Source: a virus
Lineage: Duplodnaviria; Heunggongvirae; Uroviricota; Caudoviricetes
IMG/VR virus record: IMGVR_UViG_3300045988_152494
Coordinates: 1 to 39,821 of that record
Strand: one strand, 5' to 3'
DNA: 39,821 bases
Made by a program: the position numbers and the translations under genes. Below, piece after piece: positions 1 through 9,437 of this stretch. How positions within the stretch are numbered: the first letter of the stretch is position 1; every line of letters starts with the position of its first letter. The notes under the pieces are model-generated. The model made no database searches. It saw only the letters and a program-made list of their open reading frames with translations, and was not told where the DNA came from.

Positions 1-193
1 TTCGCTGAAAGTGGAATGTATCCATGGAGAACACTTTATCAGCCGGGAAATAATGCGGGCAACGGTGTTTAATTATATCGAATGTGATTACAATCGGTGG
101 CGGCGGCACAGTTGGTGTGGCGGCCTCAGTCCGGAACAATTTGAAAACAAGAACCTCGCTTAGGCCTGTGTCCATATTACGTGGGTAGGATCA
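1..193 (+). mobile_element. IS3 right end (partial; element continues upstream of window)
   Basis: Frame-2 translation of 2..160 reads ...[53 protein letters not shown], matching the recalled IS3 OrfB C-terminus; terminus ...GGATCA at 193 (IS3-family TG...CA end). Confidence 0.7.
2..163 (+). CDS. insF: IS3 transposase OrfB C-terminal fragment (5' part outside window)
   Basis: 53 codons then TAG at 161..163; recalled identity to the E. coli IS3 InsF C-terminus; not in the ORF track because no start lies inside the window. Confidence 0.65.
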
Positions 194-311
194 GCTTTGG
201 GTTCACCGGCAATCAGAGACACATCCACGGTCTGACATTTCGTGGCGGCACTGATGCTTTTCACCACGGCCCGCCCAATCAGCCCGAGGAGTTGTCGCTG
301 TATGGTTTCAA
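194..311 (-). pseudogene. Phage baseplate assembly gene, 5' fragment truncated by the IS3 insertion
   Basis: ATG at 311 overlapping the upstream gene stop; reads MRAIETIQRQLLGLIGRAVVKSISAATKCQTVDVSLIAGEPK then runs directly into the IS3 terminus at 193. Confidence 0.5.
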
Positions 312-320
312 TCGCCCTCA

Positions 321-1400
321 TCAGAACGGGTCCTCCTGTACTCTGGCTTTTTTCTTTTTCAGCGCGCCGGGATCTTCGGGTTCAGGCAGATAAGCATCAG
401 GCGGGCCGACACGGATTTCCGTCAGGGTGCCGTTCTGGTCCTGAGTAAACGTGACTTCCGAAACAAGCAGTTCGGTATTGTCGAAACCACAGACCGGATC
501 AAAGACAATCACCCGCTGGTTGGGCTGCCACAGCGTACCGTTACCCTGTCGCCAGCCCTGCACCACATAGGTGGTTTCATCCGTCCGCGCCGCCCGTTGT
601 CGGGCTTCAAAGTCAGCACGCGCAATACAGCCTGCCCCCGTGGCCTGCCCTGTCTGCCTGATATACATCGGACGGTAACGGGCAATAAATGCGTCCTCTG
701 TGCGGGCCCGCAGCACGGTGGTGGTGGCCTCACCAAAATCATCGTCGTTTCCGGCACGCTGCCCCGCCACCTGATAAACTGAAAACCGCTCCCGGATACT
801 CTTCTCCGTATCACAGGAAAGGATGTTTTCCCCAAGTACCAGCGCGGTATGTGCCCGCGTTGAGCCAATACCGCCAATCACCAGCCTGCCGTGCGGGTCG
901 TCATAAGCCAGCGCCTGCTGCTGACCGAGTATTTTGTTGATTACCTCAATCACCGTTTCACCGTGATCAGGCTGGACATCAGGAATAACACCCGACGGCG
1001 CACCGCTGTTCACCACCTCAATGCCGAAAGGCGCAGCAAGCGCCTGCGCAATCTGTACCAGCGATCGTCCGTTAAACTGTGTCGGTTCGGCTGCACAGTC
1101 AATCAGGTCAGCGGTCAGACTGCGTCCGGCAATACCGGTGCTGACCGAACGGGCATCGTAACGAACGGGCGTCGCCTCCACCCAGCCGGTGATCACCAGC
1201 TCATCACCAATCAGCACCTCCACTTTTGAACCGTTTTTAATGCGCGGCTGAAGCGTGGTGATACCCTCATCTCCCGGCCACTGGCGGGTGATCTCCACAC
1301 TGAAATCCCGCGCCAGTCGTTCAACACCGGCACCGATGCGCACCGATGTCCAGCCATTCCACTCCCGGCCATTTACCCGTAGCGTGACGTTATCGTTCAT
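321..1400 (-). CDS. Mu gp44-like tail/baseplate hub protein (late control D family)
   Basis: 359-aa ORF immediately downstream of the DNA circularisation gene in a Mu-type tail gene order; start overlaps the upstream stop. Confidence 0.5.
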   Translation of the reverse strand: MNDNVTLRVNGREWNGWTSVRIGAGVERLARDFSVEITRQWPGDEGITTLQPRIKNGSKVEVLIGDELVITGWVEATPVRYDARSVSTGIAGRSLTADLIDCAAEPTQFNGRSLVQIAQALAAPFGIEVVNSGAPSGVIPDVQPDHGETVIEVINKILGQQQALAYDDPHGRLVIGGIGSTRAHTALVLGENILSCDTEKSIRERFSVYQVAGQRAGNDDDFGEATTTVLRARTEDAFIARYRPMYIRQTGQATGAGCIARADFEARQRAARTDETTYVVQGWRQGNGTLWQPNQRVIVFDPVCGFDNTELLVSEVTFTQDQNGTLTEIRVGPPDAYLPEPEDPGALKKKKARVQEDPF

Positions 1401-2725
1401 TGCACTGGCACCTTCAGAGGGATCACCGGCACAAAGCCGGGATGCGTAATGGCATTACGCCGGATAATGTCCGCGTCACGCGCCGCGTTATCAAACCAGG
1501 TCGCCGCCAGCACCAGCGCGGGTAAAACCTCATCCGGTGTGCGCTGAATGATCCGTGCAGACTGTTCAAGGCGCGTGTTGATATCCGCATTCAGATCTGC
1601 TTTCACCCGGCGCAGCGCCAGAAACAGCGCATCGCTGGTTGTACGGGACAACTCCTTATCAATTGCCGTATTCAGTGTGTCGCGAATGTCAGTCAGTTCT
1701 TCCCACGTCGGCAGGTCAACCGTGTTTTTCACCGCCGGTGCATTGTTCAGTGCCGGATGCGTGACGGAAGGCCAGCCAGTGCTCTGCGCGGGTGTTGTTG
1801 CCTGCCCCACTGCGGAATTCTGCATCACCGCGGAAGTTGTTGGCGCAGGCAATCGGGTGACGGCATACGCCGCTTCGCTGATTGCGGTCGTACGAAGGGT
1901 GCTGGCAACCACGTTACGCTGCTGCGTAGCCGTGGCGGTGGTTTTACTGTCCGTTTTCCAGACGCCGCGCGGTTGCAGATCGCTGCCGAGGCTGACACCG
2001 GAAAGCGTTTTGATCATGGTGACCAGGTCGCTGGCGTTACCATAAAGGCGCTTCCCGGTACGCCACATTTTCTGCACCTGCTCAACGAAATTTTTGCCTG
2101 ACGATGGCGGCGGCAGAAGTACCGAGATATCCCCCTGCAACAGTCTGGCGGCATCCGATACGGCAGAATCCACCTCTTTCATCGCATCAGAAACATACCC
2201 AAGCATTGTGCTGGCATTACCGACGACGTCGTTCTGCACAAAATCCGCCACGCCATCGATACTGAAACCACTGAAACTGTCACTGATGCAGTCATCCAGT
2301 GCAGAACAGGATGACATCAGCGTCTGCGCCGTCGCCGCACCTGATGTGGGGTAAGAGAGTTCTCCCGCTTCGACAAACTTCAGGTCAAAGCGGACAATAC
2401 GCCCTTCACTCTTCGATGTGCTGACCCGAACCTCTCCGTCAACACAGACTTTCAGCTCACCGTAAGTCGGATGGACAAGCGTGCCGGGACCGGGTTTATT
2501 CAGCGCGTCAATCAGGCGATCGCGCTGGTCAAAGCAGTCATCTCCCACCACATAAGCCGTGATGGACGGGCGGAAAGTGATTTTCCCCAGGTCTTCGGTA
2601 TAGGGTTTGTCGCGGTTCGGGTATTCGTGCGTTTCCACACGACGACCGGTTCCCGCACTTTCTTCTTCAACCTTAAACGGCACACCGCGAAATGACGCGT
2701 CCTGAAGTCTGTCTTTCCACGTCAT
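1397..2725 (-). CDS. Phage DNA circularisation protein (Mu gp43-like)
   Basis: 442-aa ORF directly after the tape measure region; N-terminal region resembles the Mu DNA circulation protein family; position is conserved in Mu-like tail modules. Confidence 0.55.
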   Translation of the reverse strand: MTWKDRLQDASFRGVPFKVEEESAGTGRRVETHEYPNRDKPYTEDLGKITFRPSITAYVVGDDCFDQRDRLIDALNKPGPGTLVHPTYGELKVCVDGEVRVSTSKSEGRIVRFDLKFVEAGELSYPTSGAATAQTLMSSCSALDDCISDSFSGFSIDGVADFVQNDVVGNASTMLGYVSDAMKEVDSAVSDAARLLQGDISVLLPPPSSGKNFVEQVQKMWRTGKRLYGNASDLVTMIKTLSGVSLGSDLQPRGVWKTDSKTTATATQQRNVVASTLRTTAISEAAYAVTRLPAPTTSAVMQNSAVGQATTPAQSTGWPSVTHPALNNAPAVKNTVDLPTWEELTDIRDTLNTAIDKELSRTTSDALFLALRRVKADLNADINTRLEQSARIIQRTPDEVLPALVLAATWFDNAARDADIIRRNAITHPGFVPVIPLKVPVQ

Positions 2726-2741
2726 ATATACTCCGAAAATT

Positions 2742-2766
2742 AAAAAGCCACCTATTAGAAGGTGGC
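2742..2766 (-). terminator. Rho-independent terminator following the tail-cluster moron
   Basis: Minus strand: stem GCCACC (2761..2766) / GGTGGC (2747..2752) with 8-nt loop, followed by a TTTTT run (2742..2746). Confidence 0.5.
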
Positions 2767-2786
2767 CTTGTAATGAATTTTATTAA

Positions 2787-3317
2787 TTAGCGAGTCAGAA
2801 ACAACGAATCTTTATACTTTTGCTGTTGTTCATTTAAATACTTAGCTGTTTCATCGCTGGCAAATGGAAATATTACCGTATTTTTAGGCATGGTAATTTC
2901 TTTTTTGTCCAGCGTCAGAGTAAACATAGGAACATACTGAGCAGAGTAACGCACCGCAGAAACGAGCTCTAGTTTAGACTCTTCAATAACACTTAAATTA
3001 TCCAGGCTAACTTTCTCTTCATCTTTTTTCTTTGACGCATTTAAAGTTTTTATTACTTTATTTAATTTCTCCTGAAAATCCTCCTTAAAGTTTTCAGGAT
3101 TGCCGTCGACAACAAGAATCTGTTCACCCTGATTATCTGGAAAAATAATCTTTGCACTTATCAATTTATTTTCTTTATAAACATCACCAAGTTTTATGGC
3201 TCCTCCAGATAACTGAATAATATGTTCATCTTTAAAGGAGATGTTGCCAGAGATTATGAGAGATGAAAAAATAGCCGCTGCTCCAAGAATTACACTTGCT
3301 GTGATATAGCCTTTCAT
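2787..3317 (-). CDS. AT-rich moron: membrane-anchored/secreted protein of unknown function
   Basis: 176-aa ORF with N-terminal hydrophobic segment (ITASVILGAAAIFSSLIISG), K/E-rich; markedly lower GC than the flanking tail genes; own terminator downstream. Confidence 0.6.
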   Translation of the reverse strand: MKGYITASVILGAAAIFSSLIISGNISFKDEHIIQLSGGAIKLGDVYKENKLISAKIIFPDNQGEQILVVDGNPENFKEDFQEKLNKVIKTLNASKKKDEEKVSLDNLSVIEESKLELVSAVRYSAQYVPMFTLTLDKKEITMPKNTVIFPFASDETAKYLNEQQQKYKDSLFLTR

Positions 3318-3408
3318 TTTTCGCCTATTAACATTTTTCTAAATGTGCATTAATTCTATCACTCTATTTATGACTTACAACCAGCAATACATGTGAGGAG
3401 AATCCTGG

Positions 3409-5241
3409 CTACCAAAATCGGGTATAGCCAACATCGTGATTTATATCAATGCCACTGGAGCGTGTTTCCGTAACCCGCATACCTGGTGGCATATTTATAA
3501 ATGATACCTTGATCTCACCATCAACTTTTGGCGCGGTAGCTTTATTAATCATGAAGGGATTCGAGCCTGTGGCATCGGAGGCGTTGTTTGCCTGAGCCGG
3601 ATCCACCGCCGGATAAGGAGTGTATCCCCGTGCCGGTATTCCCGTCCCATAAGCATCATAAGCACCCGCGCCCCACTGCGCAGAGTTAATGGCATCGACC
3701 GTGTCACCGGAACTGTCGGTAAACCACTCAATAATTGGCTTCAGCTTGTCCCACATATCCTGAAACCACTTAACAACCGGCCCCCAGTTATTGATCACCA
3801 TCCCCATCGGCGACCAGGCAAAAACTTTCTTAAGGAGTTCCCAGCCAGCCTCAAAATAAGGACCAATGGTTTCCCAGAGCTTCTTGAAATAAGGTCCGAC
3901 AACATCCCAGTTAGTGATAATTAATCCCGCAGCCAGGGCTATCGCCGTCGCAATCATGCCAATCGGCGTCATCGACATGATCCTGCTGACAATGCTGATG
4001 GCACTGCCCACGCCCATCAATCCCAGTTTCAGAATCGCAAGACCGGCAGCAAGCCCGACGACGCCGCGAATAACCCGGGGATTTTCATCCGCAAACTTCG
4101 TGAATTTTCCCCCCAACTCCCCCAGCCATTGCGTGATATTTTTGGCGTCACCAGAAAATGCGCCGCCAATAGCCGCAAGGCCGTTAGTTGCGGTCCCCGT
4201 CATTGCCTCCCACAGGTTGGACAGCGTACCAAGCTGTGCCTGAACACGTTTATTCAGGCTGGCCTGTTTATTCATCTTTTGCTGGATCTGATCGTAACCA
4301 TCCTTTCCTTTATCGATCAGCGCATTGACCACCTGAAGGGTTTCGGCATCATCACCAAATATTGCCTTAAGTACACCTGTTCGCTTAACGTCGGTAAGTT
4401 TTCGCAGCTTTGCCAGTTGCTTAAACATGTTATCAAGACCGCCAAAACTTCCTTTGCCGTCAGTAAAATCGAGCTGTACCCCGAGTTTCTGACGGGCCAT
4501 AACTTTATTGACGTCCCTGATTTTCTTAACGCTTAATCCGGACTGGATAACTTTTCGCAGGGCATTACCTGCCGACTCCCCGTTCATCCCCATCTGATCC
4601 ATCATGACGCTGATGGGGGCAAGGCTCTGTGCAGCCTGAAGACCGTCCTTGTTCACCATCTTCAGAACAGAACTGGTTTTAGTGAAGAAGGACAACATGT
4701 TGGTATCGTCAACGCCCAGATAAAACGCCTTCTGGATAGTGTCGAACAGCCCCATCATGTCTTCTGACGCCGTTCCGGTAGCATCCTGCATCTTTGCAGC
4801 AAACTCAGCAGCCGCTTCCGGTGTTTTTTTCAGTTGTACCGCAAGATAAGCTGTCGCTTTACCCACACCGCCAAGAATATTTTCTGCCGGGATCCCCTGA
4901 CGCACCAGCATCTGCATCATGTTCTGGAAATCAGCCGTTGTACCGGGTAGCTGGTTACCCAGGCCAATAGCCAGTTTATTGATGTCCTGAAAGCTCTTTC
5001 CGACCTCGCCGTTCGCATCCATCATGGCGACTTTCAGCCCGGTGGCGGCGTTTTCCTGATCGGCATAAGATTTCAGGGAAAGCGTCAGACCCGCTGCCAG
5101 TCCGCCACCAAGCGCCAGCCCACCCTGTGATGCTTCTTCCGCCTGGCGTTTAAATCCCCGGATTTTCTTTTGCATTTTCGACAGCGCGGGAGAAAGTCTG
5201 TCGACACCGGTGATCAACGCCTTAAGCTCAAATTCAGCCAT
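3409..5241 (-). CDS. Tail tape measure protein
   Basis: 610-aa ORF with a central run of hydrophobic/Gly-Ala-rich segments and a coiled N-terminal part; lies between the tail chaperone and the circularisation gene. Confidence 0.75.
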   Translation of the reverse strand: MAEFELKALITGVDRLSPALSKMQKKIRGFKRQAEEASQGGLALGGGLAAGLTLSLKSYADQENAATGLKVAMMDANGEVGKSFQDINKLAIGLGNQLPGTTADFQNMMQMLVRQGIPAENILGGVGKATAYLAVQLKKTPEAAAEFAAKMQDATGTASEDMMGLFDTIQKAFYLGVDDTNMLSFFTKTSSVLKMVNKDGLQAAQSLAPISVMMDQMGMNGESAGNALRKVIQSGLSVKKIRDVNKVMARQKLGVQLDFTDGKGSFGGLDNMFKQLAKLRKLTDVKRTGVLKAIFGDDAETLQVVNALIDKGKDGYDQIQQKMNKQASLNKRVQAQLGTLSNLWEAMTGTATNGLAAIGGAFSGDAKNITQWLGELGGKFTKFADENPRVIRGVVGLAAGLAILKLGLMGVGSAISIVSRIMSMTPIGMIATAIALAAGLIITNWDVVGPYFKKLWETIGPYFEAGWELLKKVFAWSPMGMVINNWGPVVKWFQDMWDKLKPIIEWFTDSSGDTVDAINSAQWGAGAYDAYGTGIPARGYTPYPAVDPAQANNASDATGSNPFMINKATAPKVDGEIKVSFINMPPGMRVTETRSSGIDINHDVGYTRFW

Positions 5242-5652
5242 GTGTGCGTTTCTCCTGCTCTATCCTGTTTGCCTGACTGACCAGCAAGGGAATTTCACTG
5301 ATCGGCATATTCAGCAATTCGAAGGGATTAATGCGCCAGTAACTGGCGCAGTCAAAGAAGCGATCAGTGAGGTATTCAGCCGTCAGGCCTGGAGGAAAAA
5401 ACCGGCCACAAGCCACGCCGCTGCATTCAGGTCTGCCGGAGACATCTGGTCGACAGAGCTTTGCGGCACTTTCGCCAGCCGCACAATGTATTTCGACACC
5501 ACATGCGCCAGAAGTCTGACGGACTCATCCTGATTCATCTGGTAGGGATACCCCAGCTCGCGGACATCCTTCCCGGTGGGTTCATCAAACTCCAGTACGG
5601 AAAGTGTCTCACCATGAGCGATAATCGGTTTCTTTAACTCAAGCTCTTTCAT
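5234..5652 (-). CDS. Tail assembly chaperone, -1 frameshift extension product (G/GT-like)
   Basis: The -1 frame ORF 5234..5416 overlaps the 3' end of the chaperone gene; slippery heptamer T_TTT_TTC on the minus strand (plus coords 5395..5401); extension ends 5 nt before the tape measure ATG. Confidence 0.45.
5383..5652 (-). CDS. Tail assembly chaperone (short form)
   Basis: 89-aa ORF between the tail tube and tape measure genes; start overlaps the tube gene stop. Confidence 0.6.
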   Translation of the reverse strand: MKELELKKPIIAHGETLSVLEFDEPTGKDVRELGYPYQMNQDESVRLLAHVVSKYIVRLAKVPQSSVDQMSPADLNAAAWLVAGFFLQA

Positions 5653-6008
5653 TACTGGTAATCCCCTTCTTCACCGTGGAACTCAAGATCAACCGTGCCT
5701 TCTTCGGCATTATGGTTCGCTTCGCCGTGCAGCCAGGCAGACGACAGTACATAGACCTGACCGTTCGCCAGCTCGGCAGTGATAGTCATCTCATCAGACG
5801 AGGTGATTTTGTTCACCGGAAAATTCTTCGGCACCTTGAAAGTCCCTTTGACATAAGGCGCACGGTGAGTTTCCTTGCGGTCCACTGAACCGTCCAGGCC
5901 GATGATGTCATCATTGACCGTCCTGTTCATGGGCACCTCAATGCCGCCGGTCAGCGATAGCTGTTGACCGTCAATTTTGAAATAACAGGTTCCCCCGATA
6001 CGGGCCAT
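5652..6008 (-). CDS. Tail tube protein (Mu gpM-like)
   Basis: 118-aa ORF immediately downstream of the sheath gene with overlapping stop/start; size and position typical of myovirus tube proteins. Confidence 0.65.
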   Translation of the reverse strand: MARIGGTCYFKIDGQQLSLTGGIEVPMNRTVNDDIIGLDGSVDRKETHRAPYVKGTFKVPKNFPVNKITSSDEMTITAELANGQVYVLSSAWLHGEANHNAEEGTVDLEFHGEEGDYQ

Positions 6009-7504
6009 TATGCAGACTCCTCTGAATACTGAAGACGGAACTGGTTAACCACGGCAAAGACACGCAACTGGTTAACATAGTCAGGCGGGAACAGCGTGTT
6101 CAGGCGGTTCGGATCGCTGGCATCACGCTCCACAACCAGGTACTGCTTAAACAGTTCGTAGTTTTCCACGATCCCCGCACGCTCAAGCTGACGGTAGGTT
6201 GCCAGCAGTTCCCCTTTGATCACCGCCGGTGTGACAATCGCCTGACCGGGACCAAAGCGGGTACCGTCGCTGGCAAGCTTGTGACGCCCGTACTTACTGG
6301 TAATGACGGATTTCAGTTTGCGCAGCACATACGCGCTGGTATGCAGCGTCTCGCTGTCGAGGTAGCTGTTATCCGCAACACCGTAAGCGTTTTTCCTGTA
6401 CGTGGTGACATCACGCTGAATGCACAGCACCCCGCTTTCGACATACGCCGTTGCCACGCCATGAGACAGCAGGGTCTGTTGTTCGGTCATCGTGAACCGT
6501 TTCCCCTTCGGCGCAGGCAGCATACCCACCAGCTCACCGGTCTGCGTGGGACGTGCCGGATCGTTGCGGATAAACACCGCTGCGCGGGCGGTACGGCTTG
6601 CCGCCAGCTCGTCGGCAGGCGTCTGGGTCTCTTTTTCGTATCCCGCCAGGGTAATGTGCTGCTGGTTAAACTGGTCACCTGCGGTCACCAGTTCTGACAG
6701 CGTGCCGATCTTTGCCGTATACACATGACCATACAGCTGACGCGCATAGCTCCAGCGACCGCTGGTATCGTTCATCTCGGTCACCAGCGTGTTAACGGAG
6801 GCTGTGTCGTTGAACGGCAGGCCGATATAATCAAACGGCTCATCCGCCATTGCAGCCACCGCGCCGGTGAGAACAGGAGCGCCCGTTCCGGCGGTACCCG
6901 TCGCCACGGCAATCTGTACGCCCGCTGGCAGCACTTCGCCCCCACCAAAGCCGTAGTAATTGAGGCTGACAGGAATTTCATTCCCGCAAAGCCCCTTATG
7001 ACGCGCGGTCAGTGTGACCACGCCTGCCGAAGATGAGGCAGTAAACGGCAGGGTCGGAACGGCATTGATGGCATCCTGGATACTGCTGGCAATCGTCGCA
7101 ACGTTATCGCCGTTGGTCACCGGTGCCTGCACGCGGGTACGTCCCACATAAACATTCACCGTGCCGGTTTCGGTTGCCGCGCCGGTCACCGTCAGCGTAA
7201 CCGTTGCCGCCGCGCCCGTGGATTCAGGAACGGCAATCACATACAGCTCGCCAAACGGGTCGGTCTGGCGATAAGCCTCAACCATACGCGCCAGCTGACT
7301 TCCCGCACCACAAATCTGGCGTGCATAGTCTGCCGACGGCATCAGTACCAGACTGTTGGCAACAATCTCTGCACCGTTATTGGCATGACCAATCAGCAGC
7401 GATGCTCCGCTGTCCTGTGCAGTATTCGCCGCCTGATTATCCATTTCCGCATAAAACAGCGGAACCAGCGTATTCGACGGAATGGTGTTAAAGCTTATCG
7501 TCAT
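6008..7504 (-). CDS. Contractile tail sheath protein (Mu gpL-like)
   Basis: 498-aa ORF, the largest structural gene before the tube; sheath-tube-chaperone-tape measure order. Confidence 0.75.
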   Translation of the reverse strand: MTISFNTIPSNTLVPLFYAEMDNQAANTAQDSGASLLIGHANNGAEIVANSLVLMPSADYARQICGAGSQLARMVEAYRQTDPFGELYVIAVPESTGAAATVTLTVTGAATETGTVNVYVGRTRVQAPVTNGDNVATIASSIQDAINAVPTLPFTASSSAGVVTLTARHKGLCGNEIPVSLNYYGFGGGEVLPAGVQIAVATGTAGTGAPVLTGAVAAMADEPFDYIGLPFNDTASVNTLVTEMNDTSGRWSYARQLYGHVYTAKIGTLSELVTAGDQFNQQHITLAGYEKETQTPADELAASRTARAAVFIRNDPARPTQTGELVGMLPAPKGKRFTMTEQQTLLSHGVATAYVESGVLCIQRDVTTYRKNAYGVADNSYLDSETLHTSAYVLRKLKSVITSKYGRHKLASDGTRFGPGQAIVTPAVIKGELLATYRQLERAGIVENYELFKQYLVVERDASDPNRLNTLFPPDYVNQLRVFAVVNQFRLQYSEESA

Positions 7505-7658
7505 CGGTGTTCACCTTTTTATTCACGCGCCGGATATCACCCGCTACTTCACGGCGCAGCCAGTAGTTGTTCTCGTCAACATTTCGCCCTTCGGCGGGCA
7601 AAAGGTCGCCGCGGGCAGGGTCAGGAACTGACCGCCCTTTAACAGGTTTGACAAACAT
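7497..7658 (-). CDS. Small hypothetical phage protein (53 aa)
   Basis: ATG at 7658 preceded by GAGGA; 53 codons; stop overlaps the sheath start; below the 60-aa cutoff of the ORF track. Confidence 0.3.
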
Positions 7659-7666
7659 GAGGATCC

Positions 7667-8227
7667 TCAGGAAGGAAGGGTTATTTCGGTGTGATGTTCG
7701 ATATCGCCGTCAGGCCCGTTACCGGGCTCGAGATAATCAACATCAATCGCCAGCGTTTGCAGTTCATCCAGACTGTTCAGATCATCCTGCTGGCGGGTAT
7801 CGTCTTCAGTCAGCTCGCTGATGACCGAAAAATCGAACTGATAAATCAGCTCATGACGATTCAGATCCAGCAGCGTGCCGCCGTCATAGGTAATCGGGTT
7901 ACCGCACGCTTCCGGGTTCCAGCCCAGCAGGGCCTTAAAGAGCATCTGCCGGACATCGTCCACCACATCATACGAGGCAAACTGACCGCGCTCATCACGC
8001 CCGTTACTTAGTATGACAACCACGGAGAAGCCCTCTTTCAGCTCCTGCCAGTAGTCGGTCTGGCTTTTGTTTTCTCCCGGAGAGTCATCACCCGGTACCA
8101 CATACGCCGCCGGGAGTCTCAGCTTTCCGACCTCCGGCAGATTTTTGAACTGTGCCGCGCCTGCCACCCGGTTTTCAAAATACGGGCAGCGGGCACGCAG
8201 CGCAGCAATAACAGGCGTCAGTTTCAT
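7667..8227 (-). CDS. Hypothetical phage structural protein (head-tail joining/tail completion region)
   Basis: 186-aa ORF in the operon between head-tail connector genes and the sheath; acidic C-terminus. Confidence 0.45.
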   Translation of the reverse strand: MKLTPVIAALRARCPYFENRVAGAAQFKNLPEVGKLRLPAAYVVPGDDSPGENKSQTDYWQELKEGFSVVVILSNGRDERGQFASYDVVDDVRQMLFKALLGWNPEACGNPITYDGGTLLDLNRHELIYQFDFSVISELTEDDTRQQDDLNSLDELQTLAIDVDYLEPGNGPDGDIEHHTEITLPS

Positions 8228-8730
8228 CTGTGTCGTCGCTCCGGCTTCAGTGATTTACGCAATTCCCGCGCCAGAAAATAGCGTGTCCAGCTGCGGTTCT
8301 TTTCAAGCGTTTCCACCATGAAGTTATTACGTGGAGCCAGTCGCCAGCCGCTGCCACCGGATGCACCACGATGATGACTACGACGACGTTTTGCTCCTCC
8401 CCGGACACCAAAAAACAGAAATGCCGGATAGAAGTCACCAGAGATCATCCGGTTCCCCTTCCCGTTGCGCTGGTTAGGGGCAATGCGTGTCATAAAACCG
8501 GCTCGCTTTTTACTGGCTCTCGGCACCATATAACCAATCGAACGAGCCAAGCGTCCGGTCTGATAACCGGGGTTTTCACCTGGTGCCGACCGCGCACGGC
8601 GCATCACCAGCCGACGGGCATCACGCATATGACGCTGCCCAATCGTGACAAACGCCCGCCGGACACGGGCGCGGTTAAAGCGCATCTCGGCGGGCTGCTG
8701 AACATCAACGTGAAAAAAGGGAGTCGCCAT
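8224..8730 (-). CDS. Putative virion morphogenesis protein
   Basis: 168-aa strongly basic ORF (R-rich) with start/stop overlaps to both neighbours in the head-tail junction region. Confidence 0.4.
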   Translation of the reverse strand: MATPFFHVDVQQPAEMRFNRARVRRAFVTIGQRHMRDARRLVMRRARSAPGENPGYQTGRLARSIGYMVPRASKKRAGFMTRIAPNQRNGKGNRMISGDFYPAFLFFGVRGGAKRRRSHHRGASGGSGWRLAPRNNFMVETLEKNRSWTRYFLARELRKSLKPERRHR

Positions 8731-9115
8731 TGCTGCCTCCGTGACTCTGCCTACATTCGCCCAGCTCCGTACACTCCAGCAGCAGAAAGCGCCGCGCCCC
8801 GTTCAGATCACGCTGACGTTTCACCCGGTACACACTGTCATCACAGACCACCTCATAATCAGCAGTGATCCCCCGGCGGTAACGAATGGTGATGTAATGG
8901 GTGATGGCGTCCCCGGTCTGCGCGGTTTCCTGCCAGGTGGTGGCACTGGTCTGGATAACCTTCGCCCATGTCCGGAACGTAACCGGGTATTGAGACTCCA
9001 CGCCAAAGTTATCCGCGGGCATATCCACCCGCTGGCGGATCAGGACGCGTTTATTCAGTTCACCGGGGTCCGGCAGAATGTAGGTTGCGCTGGTCTGCGC
9101 CTGACGAATTTTCAT
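8705..9115 (-). CDS. Head-tail adaptor / head closure protein
   Basis: 136-aa ORF following the gp6-like connector gene; position as in HK97-type head modules. Confidence 0.45.
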   Translation of the reverse strand: MKIRQAQTSATYILPDPGELNKRVLIRQRVDMPADNFGVESQYPVTFRTWAKVIQTSATTWQETAQTGDAITHYITIRYRRGITADYEVVCDDSVYRVKRQRDLNGARRFLLLECTELGECRQSHGGSNGDSLFSR

Positions 9116-9435
9116 TGCGGAAAGTACCTGTACGGGCCGACAAGCCAGCCAAAACTCTGCGGCATGTCGAGTTTCTCCACTTCCGTAACCGACGAGCGGT
9201 TTTCGTAAAAATGGCTGATAAGCATCAGCATCCCCAGACGAATATCATCCGGCAGGTGCAGCCCGTCCGGATCGCTGTCCGGAATGGTTTCATCCGGTGC
9301 ATAGAGCTTCCGGTTCAGATACGTTTCCGTCCGCTTTTGTGCCGCACAGGCCAGCAGTTGCAGATGGCGGTCATCAGCATCGAAATCCTCATCCAGCCGG
9401 AGTTGGGCTTTAATCTCTTCCATTGTCAGAAGCAT
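9112..9435 (-). CDS. gp6-like head-tail connector protein
   Basis: 107-aa acidic ORF downstream of the major capsid gene; family resemblance to HK97 gp6-type connector proteins. Confidence 0.5.
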   Translation of the reverse strand: MLLTMEEIKAQLRLDEDFDADDRHLQLLACAAQKRTETYLNRKLYAPDETIPDSDPDGLHLPDDIRLGMLMLISHFYENRSSVTEVEKLDMPQSFGWLVGPYRYFPQ

Positions 9436-9437
9436 AC

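Noticed and set aside
181..448. Plus-strand ORFs 181..393 and 242..448
   Set aside because: They span the IS3 terminus and the antisense strand of the truncated baseplate gene and Mu gp44-like gene; no RBS and no coherent protein features; shadow ORFs.
1548..2354. Plus-strand ORFs 1548..2045, 1757..2101 and 2094..2354 inside the DNA circularisation gene
   Set aside because: Antisense to a well-supported phage gene in high-GC DNA; typical shadow frames with Arg/Ala-rich low-complexity translations.
6281..7036. Multiple ORFs on both strands overlapping the tail sheath gene
   Set aside because: All nested within or antisense to the 498-aa sheath ORF; no independent start signals.
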